Part shown: positions 42,289 to 52,167 of the stretch, piece by piece | How positions within the stretch are numbered: position 1 is the first letter of the stretch | Layout of the letters: each line of letters starts with the position of its first letter | Assembly (NCBI GenBank): GCA_049431945.1 | Contig: JBMTDJ010000006.1 | Location: 1-52,330, forward strand | Direction of reading: 5' to 3' | Length of the DNA: 52,330 bases | Source of the DNA: Candidatus Nanopelagicales bacterium | Lineage (GTDB): Bacteria > Actinomycetota > Actinomycetes > S36-B12 | Notes under the pieces: model-generated | Told to the model about the DNA's origin: nothing | The model's database searches: none | What the model saw: only the letters and a program-made list of their open reading frames with translations | Translations under genes and position numbers: made by a program

Positions 42289-42918
42289 CTACTTCGGCTG
42301 CTCTGGCTGATCCAGGTCCTTTGCCACGGCCTTCTTGGCGGCCTTCCCAGGAGATGCCTTCTTGGCCGGCGCCTTCTTGGCCGGCTTGCCGTCAGAGGCT
42401 TTGCGCGCGGGCGACTTCTTGGCGGAGGCCTTCTTCGCGGGAACCTTCGTCGCGGATTCGGGTTCCGCGGGGGCGTGGTCCTCGGCGGTCTCGGACTCAC
42501 TGAGTTCCTCCGCGGCTGCGGCAGCGGCGCTCTTCACCACGTCTGCCGTATCGGCCGCGGCGGCCTTGGTCGCGCTCGCAGCACCCGCAGCAGCAGCGGA
42601 GGTCACGTCGGCCGCATCGCTCATCGCGGCACCCGCGCTGGCGGCCGCAGCGCTCACGGCGTCGGCAACGACTGGCGGCACGGCAGGCGAGGAATGCGCG
42701 GCATCCGATGCCGTCCGCGCAGCCCTGTCCGCCAGGCCCGCCGCCGTGGTGGCCGCGCCCGAGACTCCGGCAGCGGAACGGCCGGCGAAGCTCGACAGGG
42801 AGTCGGCCCAGGCATCGGCACGCTCGGCGACCGGGTCGGTGTGCTGATAGCGGCGCCACGCGGCCACTCCCGCAGCGGCGCCGGCGACCGCGGCAGCGAT
42901 GAGGAATACCCGGCGCAT
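42289..42918 (-). CDS. Membrane-anchored Ala-rich protein with a histone H1-like PAKKA tail
   Basis: MRRVFLIAAAVAGAAAGVAAWRR anchor; PAKKASAKKSPARK..PAKKAPAKKA; GGAGG SD before the ATG at 42918. Confidence 0.72.
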   Translation of the reverse strand: MRRVFLIAAAVAGAAAGVAAWRRYQHTDPVAERADAWADSLSSFAGRSAAGVSGAATTAAGLADRAARTASDAAHSSPAVPPVVADAVSAAAASAGAAMSDAADVTSAAAAGAASATKAAAADTADVVKSAAAAAAEELSESETAEDHAPAEPESATKVPAKKASAKKSPARKASDGKPAKKAPAKKASPGKAAKKAVAKDLDQPEQPK

Positions 42919-42977
42919 CGAACCTCCAAGGGTGGACTCCCCCGACCGTAGCAGCGCCCGCCGAAGGCCGCCGGGGA

Positions 42978-44153
42978 TCAGCGCTGCTTGCCGGAGAAGT
43001 ACGCCAGGAACAGGTCCTTGGGTCCGGTCCCGGAGAGGAATCGATCCCGCTCCGCCGGGGGCAACGTCAGCGCGTACTCGCAGACTCGGGACCAAGCTCC
43101 GCCTACTGCTCGCGTGAGCGACCCTGCCACGGTCGCGGAAATCGCCGACGTCGCGACCTGACCGCCGGGGACGAACTTGAGCAGGCTTGTCGCGATGTAG
43201 CGCCCTGCCATGGTGGCACCGCCGGTGAGGATGACGGCGCCAGCGGCGGCGAGCGCACGTGAGCGATCCGCCGGCAGGCCGTAGGCCGCCGTGATGCGCG
43301 CGATCATCGTGACTTGCGTGGGAACCAGGATGGCAGCGTCGGCGAAGGGAATGGGAGTCGCACCGACCCCGGCAGCGATCGCAACCGACGCAGTGATGAT
43401 CTTCTTGGCCGCCTGTCTTTTACGCTCCCAGTCGAGGATCTGCGCGGCGGTCAGGGCCGCGGTAGCAACCTCCGGGACGACGAGGTACGTCGCATCGAGC
43501 AGGTCCTGAAGACCGAAAGCGGGCGAGCCCGTGAAGGGGTCCTCCATCGCGTTCGTGAGCAGGACGTTGCCCGCCGGGCGCAAGGGCAGGCCGAGTGACT
43601 CGATGTAGGCAGCGAGTTCAAGGGCATCGGGGTGCGGAACACCGTCTCGGGTGGGCACCTGCGTCATCACCATGATGACGGGCAGCCCGAGATCGGAGAG
43701 CGCTCGAACGAACTCGCCCTGGCGTTCCTCGAAGCGACGGTCGGACCAGCGCACGAGGTACCACGCCGCATGGATCTGCTGGTCGACGGGCAGGGTGCGC
43801 GATTCGGCTACGCGCGATCGCAGCGCCTCGAGGATCTCGTCGCCGGAGGCACCGGTCTCGAAGCCCTCGGAGTCGTAGAGCCCGAGCATGCCCCCGGGAT
43901 GGCGGTAGTAGACCAGGCCGCGTGTCACGGGCCGGCCGACGCCGGTCTCGGCCACCTGACTGCCGAAGATGGCGTTCACCAGGGTGGACTTGCCGACGCC
44001 GGTCTTGCCGAAGACCGCGAGATTGAAGCAGCCGAGCGAGGCGAAGGCCTCCGTCAGGCGATCGGCGAAGAGCGACTCGACCTCGGCCTGGGGCATGTCG
44101 ACGGCCTTGCCCGGCTTGACGGGCTCGGGGGCACGGCTCGGGGAGTCACTCAT
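42978..44153 (-). CDS. P-loop GTPase with a C-terminal DUF697 membrane domain
   Basis: GKTGVGKS (G1), GRPVT (G2), DSEG (G3), ATPIPFADAAIL..QVTMI; ATG at 44153. Confidence 0.85.
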   Translation of the reverse strand: MSDSPSRAPEPVKPGKAVDMPQAEVESLFADRLTEAFASLGCFNLAVFGKTGVGKSTLVNAIFGSQVAETGVGRPVTRGLVYYRHPGGMLGLYDSEGFETGASGDEILEALRSRVAESRTLPVDQQIHAAWYLVRWSDRRFEERQGEFVRALSDLGLPVIMVMTQVPTRDGVPHPDALELAAYIESLGLPLRPAGNVLLTNAMEDPFTGSPAFGLQDLLDATYLVVPEVATAALTAAQILDWERKRQAAKKIITASVAIAAGVGATPIPFADAAILVPTQVTMIARITAAYGLPADRSRALAAAGAVILTGGATMAGRYIATSLLKFVPGGQVATSAISATVAGSLTRAVGGAWSRVCEYALTLPPAERDRFLSGTGPKDLFLAYFSGKQR

Positions 44154-44240
44154 GGGACCACGGTAGGCGCACAGCGACCACGGATGCCCAACGACCGCAT
44201 GGATCGACCTCCCCCACCCCCACCGGGTTACCGTGGTCGG

Positions 44241-44780
44241 ATGCTGCGTCCACTGGCCATCGTCGGTGCCGTGCTCGTGCTCGTCGCGGTCGCCGGCGCG
44301 GGCGGGATCCTCGCGCTGGGCGGAGCTGATCTCCTGCGCGACCGGGTGGTGGTCGTCCCCGAGGAATATCGACCGGTCATCATCGAGGCTGCCCAGCGGT
44401 GCCCCGTCGTGCCCGCCACGGTCCTCGCAGCGCAGCTCGCCTCGGAGAGCAGCTGGGACCCGCGCGCCGTCAGTCCCGCGGGTGCGACCGGTCTGGCGCA
44501 GTTCATGCCAGAGGTCTGGGCGCAGTACGCCGTCGACGGTGACGGCGACGGAGACACGGACATCTACGACCCGATCGATGCGATTCACTCAGCGGCGGCG
44601 CTCAATTGCATCAACGCCGATCTCGTCGCGGATGTGCCGGGCGATCGAGTGCGCAACATCCTCGCGGCGTACAACGCCGGATTCAACCAGGTGCTCAAGT
44701 ACGAAGGGGTTCCCCCGTTCCCTGAGACAGAGCAGTACGTCGAGCGCGTGCTGTCGCGCGCTGCCCAGATCGAACTCTAG
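44241..44780 (+). CDS. Lytic transglycosylase (SLT domain) with N-terminal anchor
   Basis: ASESSWDPRAVSPAGATGLAQFMP, LAAYNAG, PPFPETEQYV; TACCGT 6 nt before the ATG. Confidence 0.88.
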   Translation: MLRPLAIVGAVLVLVAVAGAGGILALGGADLLRDRVVVVPEEYRPVIIEAAQRCPVVPATVLAAQLASESSWDPRAVSPAGATGLAQFMPEVWAQYAVDGDGDGDTDIYDPIDAIHSAAALNCINADLVADVPGDRVRNILAAYNAGFNQVLKYEGVPPFPETEQYVERVLSRAAQIEL

Positions 44781-45706
44781 GCGCGCGGGTTCCCGAACAT
44801 GTCCGAGTTGCCTCGGGCATCGGCGACCAGGCCGGGCACGACGTCCGTGAGCTCCGCCGGATTCCAGCGACCGCCGTCCTTCGTCGCCGTCGGGCCTTTG
44901 ATCCACGGCTCAGCGACGCCGATCTCGTTGCCCGTCACTGTGAAGATGCGACCGGTCACTCCTGCCGAGAGCGACGATCCGAGCCAGACGACGAGCGGGG
45001 AGATGTTGGCCGGATCCATCGGGTGATAGCCCGACTCGTCGGGCTCGAGGCCGCTCATGTCCGAGAAGAGGGGCAGGCCCTCGGTCATGCGCGTGAGCGC
45101 GACTGGCGCGATGGCATTGGCGGTCACTCCCAGGCGCGCCAACTCGTCGGCGAGAATGACCGTCATCGCGGCAATGCCCGCTTTGGCTGCGCCGTAGTTT
45201 GCCTGGCCGATATTGCCGAAGATCCCCGAAGGGGATGACGTAGAGATGATCCGCGCGTCATTGGTCTCGCCCGCCTTGGCGCGAGCACGCCAGTAGTCGA
45301 CGGCATGCCGGCTCACCGCGAAGGTGCCGCGCAGGTGCACGGCGATGACCGAGTCGAACTCCTCCTCGGTCATGTTGACGAACATCCGATCGCGCAGGAT
45401 GCCGGCGTTGTTGACGACCACGTCGAGGCCACCGAAGACGTCGATGGCAGCCTGCACGATGCGCCCGGCACCGGCATAGTCCGTGACACTGTCGGTGCTG
45501 GCAATCGCCTCGCCGCCCATGGCGCGGATCTCGTCGACCACCTCCTGGGCCGGTCCGGCATCTGCCCCGGCACCATCGACCGAGCCACCGAGATCGTTGA
45601 CGACCACCCGAGCGCCCTCGCGGGCGAAGGCCAGCGCGTGCTCGCGGCCGATACCGCGGCCGGCACCCGTGATGATGACGACCCGACCCTCGCAGATGCC
45701 CGACAT
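44777..45706 (-). CDS. SDR oxidoreductase (MFE-2/3-hydroxyacyl-CoA dehydrogenase-like)
   Basis: TGAGRGIG, VVVNDLG, NNAGILRD, YGAAK. Confidence 0.9.
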   Translation of the reverse strand: MSGICEGRVVIITGAGRGIGREHALAFAREGARVVVNDLGGSVDGAGADAGPAQEVVDEIRAMGGEAIASTDSVTDYAGAGRIVQAAIDVFGGLDVVVNNAGILRDRMFVNMTEEEFDSVIAVHLRGTFAVSRHAVDYWRARAKAGETNDARIISTSSPSGIFGNIGQANYGAAKAGIAAMTVILADELARLGVTANAIAPVALTRMTEGLPLFSDMSGLEPDESGYHPMDPANISPLVVWLGSSLSAGVTGRIFTVTGNEIGVAEPWIKGPTATKDGGRWNPAELTDVVPGLVADARGNSDMFGNPRA

Positions 45707-45791
45707 GGTGCCTCCCTCGTCAGCGGTGGACGGCTCCCCCGCGCTTCCTCGGCGAGGCTAGCGAGACGGGGACGGCGTGATAGGACGGGGT

Positions 45792-46280
45792 GTGCCCACG
45801 CCACGCCTGCTGTTCGTCTGCACCGGCAATGCCACCCGCTCGGTGATCGGGGCGGCACTCGCGCGACGTGACAGGCCCTCGTGGCAGGTCGACTCGGCAG
45901 GCACGTGGGCGATCCCCGGGCTGCCGTCGAGCAGGCGCACGCTCGCCGCGCTTGAATCGGTGGGCGTGAGCGCTCCGGGCCACCGGAGTACGACATTGAC
46001 TCGCGATCACCTTGACCATGTGGATGTGGTGATCGCCTTCGAGCGCGACCACGTGCGGTTCATCCGGCACATGGCCCCCGAGGTTGCCGACCGCACCGCC
46101 ACCCTGCCCCGCCTGCTCGTCGATGACTGGCCAGGCGCCGACCTCGCCCGGGAGAATCCCATGGACTGGGACGAGGTGGACGACCCCGCCGGAGGGGACG
46201 TCGACGACTTCGTCCGCTGCGCCAGCACCATCGACACCCAGGTAGCCCTGCTGCTATCGAAGATCGACGGCCACGCCTAG
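45792..46280 (+). CDS. Low-molecular-weight protein tyrosine phosphatase family protein
   Basis: LFVCTGNATRS P-loop, DSAGT, VDDP. Confidence 0.8.
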   Translation: MPTPRLLFVCTGNATRSVIGAALARRDRPSWQVDSAGTWAIPGLPSSRRTLAALESVGVSAPGHRSTTLTRDHLDHVDVVIAFERDHVRFIRHMAPEVADRTATLPRLLVDDWPGADLARENPMDWDEVDDPAGGDVDDFVRCASTIDTQVALLLSKIDGHA

Positions 46281-47407
46281 CCGATGACGCCGCTGTCTGC
46301 CAGCGAGAGCACCCGATCGGCGTCGACTCCCCAGTCGATCAGGGTGTCGCGGCGCGGCGCGCTGACCGGAGTTGGAACGTCCGGGGCCGTGCGCGAGAAG
46401 CGTGGCGCGGGGGCCGGCTGCACGAGGCCGTTGATGTCAATGAAGGTGCCGCGGGCCGCTAGGTGGGGATGCGCCGGCGCTTCGCTCATGGTGAGCACGG
46501 GAGCGACACAGGCATCGGTCCGGTCGGCAAGCACCGCCCACTCGTCGCGGGTCTTGGTCGCCACGACGTCGGCGAAGGCGCGGCGAAGGTCATCCCAGCG
46601 GGAGACGTCGAACTGGGCCGGGAGATCGGCATCCGCAAGATTCGCGATGCGCAACCACTCGGCATAGAACTGTGGCTCCAGGCAGGCGACGGCGAGCCAC
46701 TTGCCATCGGCGGTGCGGTAGACGTCGTAGAACGGCGCCCCTGAGTCGAGCAGGTTGACACCGGTCTCCTCCTGCCACAGTCCCTGCGCAGACATGCTGT
46801 GGAACAGCGACATGAGGAGTGCGGCTCCGTCGACCATGGCTGCATCGACCACCTGGCCCTGGCCCGAGCGCTGGGCCTCCCACAGCGCCGCGAGGATGCC
46901 GACGATGAGAAGCATGGCGCCGCCGCCGTAGTCGCCCACGAGATTCAGTGGCGGCGTCGGGGGCTGACCGCGCCGAGCCGTGTGCGCGAGCACGCCCGCG
47001 ATCGCGATGTAGTCGAGGTCATGGCCCGCCGCGTGGGCCCAGGGGCCGTCCTGCCCCCATCCGGTCATGCGGCCGTAGACGAGGGAGGGCTGACGCTGCA
47101 GGGACTCGTGTGGCCCGAGGCCCAGCCGCTCCATGACGCCGGGCCGGAACCCCTCGATGAGCACGTCGGCACCGGAGATGAGGTCGAGGACGAGGTCGCG
47201 TCCCTCGTCTCGACGCAGATCCACGACAACGCTTTCGCGTCCACGTCGCGTGACATCACCGAGCGGATCACCCACGGCCAGTCCCGCACGGGGAGACTCG
47301 ATGCGAATGCCGGTCGCACCGAGATCAGCGAGCACCATCGCGGCGAAAGGGGCAGGGCCGATGCCGGCCATCTCGACGAATCGCAGTCCGGTGAGCGGCC
47401 CCGTCAT
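46277..47407 (-). CDS. Alpha-methylacyl-CoA racemase (CaiB/BaiF CoA-transferase III family)
   Basis: GIGPAPF, EGFRPGVMERLGLG, AGHDLDY, VGDYGGG, DAAMVDG, PAPAPRFS; ATG at 47407. Confidence 0.9.
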   Translation of the reverse strand: MTGPLTGLRFVEMAGIGPAPFAAMVLADLGATGIRIESPRAGLAVGDPLGDVTRRGRESVVVDLRRDEGRDLVLDLISGADVLIEGFRPGVMERLGLGPHESLQRQPSLVYGRMTGWGQDGPWAHAAGHDLDYIAIAGVLAHTARRGQPPTPPLNLVGDYGGGAMLLIVGILAALWEAQRSGQGQVVDAAMVDGAALLMSLFHSMSAQGLWQEETGVNLLDSGAPFYDVYRTADGKWLAVACLEPQFYAEWLRIANLADADLPAQFDVSRWDDLRRAFADVVATKTRDEWAVLADRTDACVAPVLTMSEAPAHPHLAARGTFIDINGLVQPAPAPRFSRTAPDVPTPVSAPRRDTLIDWGVDADRVLSLADSGVIG

Positions 47408-48186
47408 CGGATGATCGCAATCACCTGGGAATTGTGGACCGCGAGTCGCCCGTCCGCCGTCCACAACTCGCGGCTCTCGGTCGAGTAGCCCTGGGCCAGG
47501 CCGAGCATGCGTCCATGATGGAGCAGAGGCACAGCAGGATCCAAAGTCGCCGGATCGATGAGCAGGGTCGCACTGAAGCTGAGCGTGGCCATCGGCCGCG
47601 CAGTGGAGACCTGCACGAGTGCCGCAGGCCACAGCGCATCGACCATGCCCGTCAGGGTCGCGTCGTCATACGACGGTGGCGCCACCGCTGGCGCTACCCA
47701 GCCGAGCACATCGTCGCGTGTGCCCGAGTAAGGAAAGCCGCTCACCGGTCGCACCGCGAGGTGCTGGAGGAACTCCGGCGCGAGTGGCGGTTCGAGGGTG
47801 AGCGGTTCGAGCTCTCGCCAATCGGCAGCGGCGGGCATCCGCAGGACCGGGTGACCGTCCATGTCCGGTGCACGGTCCCCGCCGAAGACAACGGTGGCGG
47901 TGGCCCACGTCTCGCCCTCCTGCGATGCGATTGCCACGTGCCACACCGCGGTGGACGAGCCGCGGCGGACCAGCGTGCATGCCACCTGCGCCGGGCCGGC
48001 GAGGACGGGGCCGACCATGTGAACGCTGATCTCGCGCAGCGGCGGCACCTCAGGGTCGACGGCGCGGGCCGCGCGGATGGCGGCGGCGACCACGAGGCCG
48101 CCCCACGCTCCTCGGCCTTGGCGCCAGCCCTCGGGGACGTCCCATACGCCGCCGCGAACATCGACGAGATCGGAGTAGGAGGCCAC
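47404..48186 (-). CDS. Double hot-dog acyl-CoA thioesterase family protein
   Basis: WRQGRGAWGGLV, MVDALWP, GYSTESRELW. Confidence 0.8.
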   Translation of the reverse strand: MASYSDLVDVRGGVWDVPEGWRQGRGAWGGLVVAAAIRAARAVDPEVPPLREISVHMVGPVLAGPAQVACTLVRRGSSTAVWHVAIASQEGETWATATVVFGGDRAPDMDGHPVLRMPAAADWRELEPLTLEPPLAPEFLQHLAVRPVSGFPYSGTRDDVLGWVAPAVAPPSYDDATLTGMVDALWPAALVQVSTARPMATLSFSATLLIDPATLDPAVPLLHHGRMLGLAQGYSTESRELWTADGRLAVHNSQVIAIIR

Positions 48187-48251
48187 CGCAGGAGCCTAGC
48201 CGCGCGAGTCGCGGGAGCGAGGTGGTCAGGGGTCGCGGCTAGCCTGCGATC

Positions 48252-49415
48252 GTGCGCATCCTCCACACGTCCGACTGGCACCTGGGCCGGACATTCCACG
48301 GGGCCTCGCTCCACGAGGACCAGCGCGCGGCCATCGACTGGATCGTGGCCACCGCGGCCGCCGAGGACATCGACCTCATCGTCATCGCGGGAGATGTCTA
48401 CGACCGCGCCGTACCACCACTGGAGTCCGTGGCCCTGTGGCAGACCGCGCTGGAGCGTCTCAGCGAGATCGCCGCGGTGCTGGTGACATCGGGCAATCAC
48501 GACTCCCCCACCCGACTGGGCTTCGCCGGCTCCCTCCTCGGCCGCGCGGGCGTCCATCTGCGCACAGGGATCGACACCATCGCGACCCCCGTCGTCGTCA
48601 CCGGCCGCGACGGCGTCGAGGTCGTGGCGTACGGGATTCCGTACCTCGAACCCGATCTCCACCGCGAGGCCCTGGGCGCCGAGCGATCCCACACGGCCGT
48701 CCTCGCCGCGGCGATGGATCGTGTGCGCGACGACCTGGGTCGGCGACCCGCCACACGCTCGGTCGTCGTCGCTCATGCCTTCGTCACCGGGAGTGCCGAG
48801 GCGGTGGTGAGCGAGTCCGAGCGGGACCTGCGGGTGGGCGGCGTGGGCGACGCGCCCGCGACACTCTTCGACGGAGTCGACTACGTCGCCCTCGGTCACC
48901 TGCACGGTGCCCAGCAGGTGCGCGCGCCCGGTGCGACACGGATCCACTACTCCGGTTCGCCTCTCGCCTTCTCCTTCTCCGAGGAGGCGCACCTCAAGTC
49001 GGTCACCCTCGTCGATATCCCCGCTGCCGGTGACGTCGAGGTCACCACCGTGCCCATCCCGATCGGTCGACCACTCGTGACCCTGCGCGGCGAGCTCGAC
49101 ACCTTGCTCGGCGACCCCGACCTGCTCATCCATCGGGACAGTTGGGTGCGGGTGATCCTCACCGATGCGCGCCGTCCCGACCATGCCATGAGCCGGCTGC
49201 GCGAGGTCTGGCCCTTCACCGCGGACCTGGACTTCGACGCGCTTCGGTCGACAACCGGCGTCGCTGCTCGTGATCTCGTAATCAACACGACTGACCCAGT
49301 GGCGATCGCGGAGTCCTTCGTCGAGCACGTCACTGCTACGCCGCCGACCGACGATGAGTCCGCCGCGCTGCGAGCCAGTGTCGAGGCTGCGCGCATCGCG
49401 GAGGTCTCCCCGTGA
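48252..49415 (+). CDS. sbcD: Exonuclease SbcCD subunit D
   Basis: HTSDWHLG, AGDVYD, SGNHDS, ALGHLH, YSGSP..SFSE. Confidence 0.95.
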   Translation: MRILHTSDWHLGRTFHGASLHEDQRAAIDWIVATAAAEDIDLIVIAGDVYDRAVPPLESVALWQTALERLSEIAAVLVTSGNHDSPTRLGFAGSLLGRAGVHLRTGIDTIATPVVVTGRDGVEVVAYGIPYLEPDLHREALGAERSHTAVLAAAMDRVRDDLGRRPATRSVVVAHAFVTGSAEAVVSESERDLRVGGVGDAPATLFDGVDYVALGHLHGAQQVRAPGATRIHYSGSPLAFSFSEEAHLKSVTLVDIPAAGDVEVTTVPIPIGRPLVTLRGELDTLLGDPDLLIHRDSWVRVILTDARRPDHAMSRLREVWPFTADLDFDALRSTTGVAARDLVINTTDPVAIAESFVEHVTATPPTDDESAALRASVEAARIAEVSP

Positions 49416-52093
49416 GGCTGCGCCGCCTGGCGATATCAGGCATCGGACCCTTCCGCGGCGAGGAGGTCATCGACTTCGACGTCCTCACCCGATCGGGTCT
49501 CTTCCTCATCGAGGGCCCGACCGGCGCGGGCAAGTCAACCATCATCGACGCGATCACCTACGCGCTCTACGGCAGCGTCGCCGGCGGTCGTGAGTCCACG
49601 ACGGATCGGATCCGCAGCGACCTCGCCGAAGCCTCCACGCCCAGCTACGTCGAGCTGGAGTTCGACGTAGCTGGAACGACGTATCTGGTCAGGCGCCAGC
49701 CGGCGTACTCGAGGCCCAAACTCCGCGGAGCGGGCATGATCAAGGAGAACCCGAAGCAGTTCCTGCGGGCACTCGATGACTCCCTCGAGCCGATCACCGA
49801 CGCGCGGGAGATCGCGGTGCAGGTCCAGCGCCTGCTCGGCCTCAGCGTCGAGCACTTCCGCAAGCTGGTGGTCCTGCCGCAGGGCGAGTTCGACGCTCTC
49901 TTGCGCTCGAGCCCAGCGGATCGGTTCGAGGTGCTCGGCCGTCTCATCGACGACGGGTTCATCGAGAGCGTTCAGGAGGACCTCGTCCTGCGCGGCCGCG
50001 ATGCGGAGGCGCGTCGCACCGAAGTCCGCGCCCGCATGCACGAGATCTCCACAATGCTGTGCTCGCGGGCGGCGGAGGCACTCGACGACGTGGTCACCGC
50101 TACCGATCTCGACGAGGACGCCCTCGCCACGACCGTCACGGCGCTCCAGGCCCGGGTGGACCAAGCGCGCGGGGTCGCGGAGTCACTGACGGCACCCGCC
50201 GCAGCAGCGATGCAAGCGGCGGGGGCGGCCGAGGCTGAGCTGGCCCGAGCCGAGGCAGGGGCGGCGGCGCTGGCAGCGCTGGCGGCGGCCCGAACCGCGC
50301 TCCCCGAGGCCATGAGGGACCTGCCACCCGACCAACTTCGACAGCGCCGCTCCGAGACTGCCGCGTCCATAGGGCGCCTGGAGCCGTTCGCCGCATGGGA
50401 GATCGCGCGCACCGAGCGCTCGGAACGCACCGCCGAGTTGATCGCGGCCGCGCTCCAGGCACGCCACGAGATGGAAGCCGTGCGGCAGCAGGCCGAGGAA
50501 CTGCCCGGGCAGCGATCCGACTGCGAGCGGCAGCGTCAGGACGCCGTCGCGTTGGCGGCCTCGCTCCAGCAGCACGCGACCGAGGTGCAGCGGCTCGGAG
50601 CGCTCGTGGCGGCCGCGGATGAGCTCAAGGCTCGCGAGGCCGAACATGCGGCGGCCTCGGCAGCCGTTCAGGCGGCCAACGACAAGGCTGAGCGATGCCG
50701 CGCCGCCACGCTCAGCGCGCGTGAGGAGCGCGTCCGCCTGCTCGAGCAGCGCCTGGCGCACAGCGCAGCAGACCTTGCCGCCCGGCTCAGCTCCGGAGAT
50801 CCGTGTCCGGTCTGTGGATCACCTGATCATCCCGCCATCGCGCGTGACGTCGACGGAGTGGTCGTGAGCGAGGGGCAGATCGACGAGGCCGAGGCTGCGG
50901 TTGCGCGCGCGGAGACCGCTGAGTCGGTCGCCGCATCGGCGGCAGACACGGCCCGATCAGCGCTGGCACAGGCGCAGTCGCACGTGGATGGCTTGCGGGG
51001 ACGCCTTGACGGCATCGACGTCGACGGCCTGGCCGAGTCCTTGACAGCCGCTGAGGCGGCGCTCGCGCAGGCAGGTGCTGCGTCGACGACCGTGGACGCC
51101 CTGACCGCTCGCCTGGCCGAGATCGACGCGAAGGCTGCGAGCCTCAATGATTCCAGCGCCGCAGCCTCTGCCGCCCTTGCCCAGGCCGAGGCGCTCGTAA
51201 ACGCGGACGCCGAGCGGGTCGCGCAAGAGGAGGCCGCACTGCGCGAAACCGTGGGAGGAGACGGCACAGCGACGGACCTCCTGGAGGCGGCGAGAATCGC
51301 GGCCGGCGCCATCGACACCGCACTGGATGCCGCCGAAGCAGCAGCCGCGCACGCCGGGTGCGACGGCATCTCTGATCTCCAGATGCGAGCACGAACCGCT
51401 CGCGAGTCGGCCACGGCACTCGGCGAGCAGCTCGAACGCGCCCGGGAGGACCATGCGCGCCTGTCAGCCACTCGAGACGCAGTCCAGGCACTCGCCGAGC
51501 AGTGGCGCGCCGCCCACGCCGACGTCGCGGGCATCCTCGCTGCCACGGACACCGCGGTGAGCCTCGGACAACTCGTCTCGGCGCAGAGCAAGGCCAACAC
51601 CAGGCGGCTCACGCTGCAGTCCTACGCGGTGCAGCGCCGTTTCCGCACGGTGCTCGATGCGGCCACCCTCCATCTTGAGCGGATGAGCGGCAGTCACTTC
51701 GCGTTCGAGCTCGACGAGTCGGTCGGCCGTGGTCAGTCGGGGCTGGGCATCGCCATGCGCGACCAGTGGAGCGGCGCCCTACGGGACCCCAAAGCGCTGT
51801 CCGGAGGGGAGACATTCATCGCCTCGCTCGCCCTGGCGCTCGGCCTCGCTGATGTGGTGCGCGAGGAGAACGGCGGGGTCGACCTCCAGACGCTCTTCGT
51901 CGACGAGGGATTCGGATCCCTCGACCAGGATTCGCTCCAGCAGGTGCTCGACCAACTCGATGCCCTTCGATCCCGTGGCAGGGTCGTGGGAGTGATCAGC
52001 CACGTCACCGAGATGAAGGACTGGGTGCACGACCGCGTGATCGTGACCCCCGGGACGCCAGGCGAGGGCAGCCGCCTGCACCAGCCGACTTGA
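49412..52093 (+). CDS. sbcC: Exonuclease SbcCD subunit C (SMC-like ATPase)
   Basis: GPTGAGKS, LPQGEF, CPVCG zinc hook, LSGGE, FVDEGFGSLD, ISH. Confidence 0.95.
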   Translation: MRLRRLAISGIGPFRGEEVIDFDVLTRSGLFLIEGPTGAGKSTIIDAITYALYGSVAGGRESTTDRIRSDLAEASTPSYVELEFDVAGTTYLVRRQPAYSRPKLRGAGMIKENPKQFLRALDDSLEPITDAREIAVQVQRLLGLSVEHFRKLVVLPQGEFDALLRSSPADRFEVLGRLIDDGFIESVQEDLVLRGRDAEARRTEVRARMHEISTMLCSRAAEALDDVVTATDLDEDALATTVTALQARVDQARGVAESLTAPAAAAMQAAGAAEAELARAEAGAAALAALAAARTALPEAMRDLPPDQLRQRRSETAASIGRLEPFAAWEIARTERSERTAELIAAALQARHEMEAVRQQAEELPGQRSDCERQRQDAVALAASLQQHATEVQRLGALVAAADELKAREAEHAAASAAVQAANDKAERCRAATLSAREERVRLLEQRLAHSAADLAARLSSGDPCPVCGSPDHPAIARDVDGVVVSEGQIDEAEAAVARAETAESVAASAADTARSALAQAQSHVDGLRGRLDGIDVDGLAESLTAAEAALAQAGAASTTVDALTARLAEIDAKAASLNDSSAAASAALAQAEALVNADAERVAQEEAALRETVGGDGTATDLLEAARIAAGAIDTALDAAEAAAAHAGCDGISDLQMRARTARESATALGEQLERAREDHARLSATRDAVQALAEQWRAAHADVAGILAATDTAVSLGQLVSAQSKANTRRLTLQSYAVQRRFRTVLDAATLHLERMSGSHFAFELDESVGRGQSGLGIAMRDQWSGALRDPKALSGGETFIASLALALGLADVVREENGGVDLQTLFVDEGFGSLDQDSLQQVLDQLDALRSRGRVVGVISHVTEMKDWVHDRVIVTPGTPGEGSRLHQPT

Positions 52094-52167
52094 GGTCGGC
52101 AATCCAAACCGCCTCCACACGGCCCACGGGACGTCTAGCCTGCGATCAACGCGATCGAGGAGGCGAC

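Noticed and set aside
48252-52093. SMC-like ATPase plus nuclease as a novel defence system
   Set aside because: Canonical SbcD metallophosphoesterase and SbcC zinc-hook motifs; ordinary DNA repair pair with no accessory genes.
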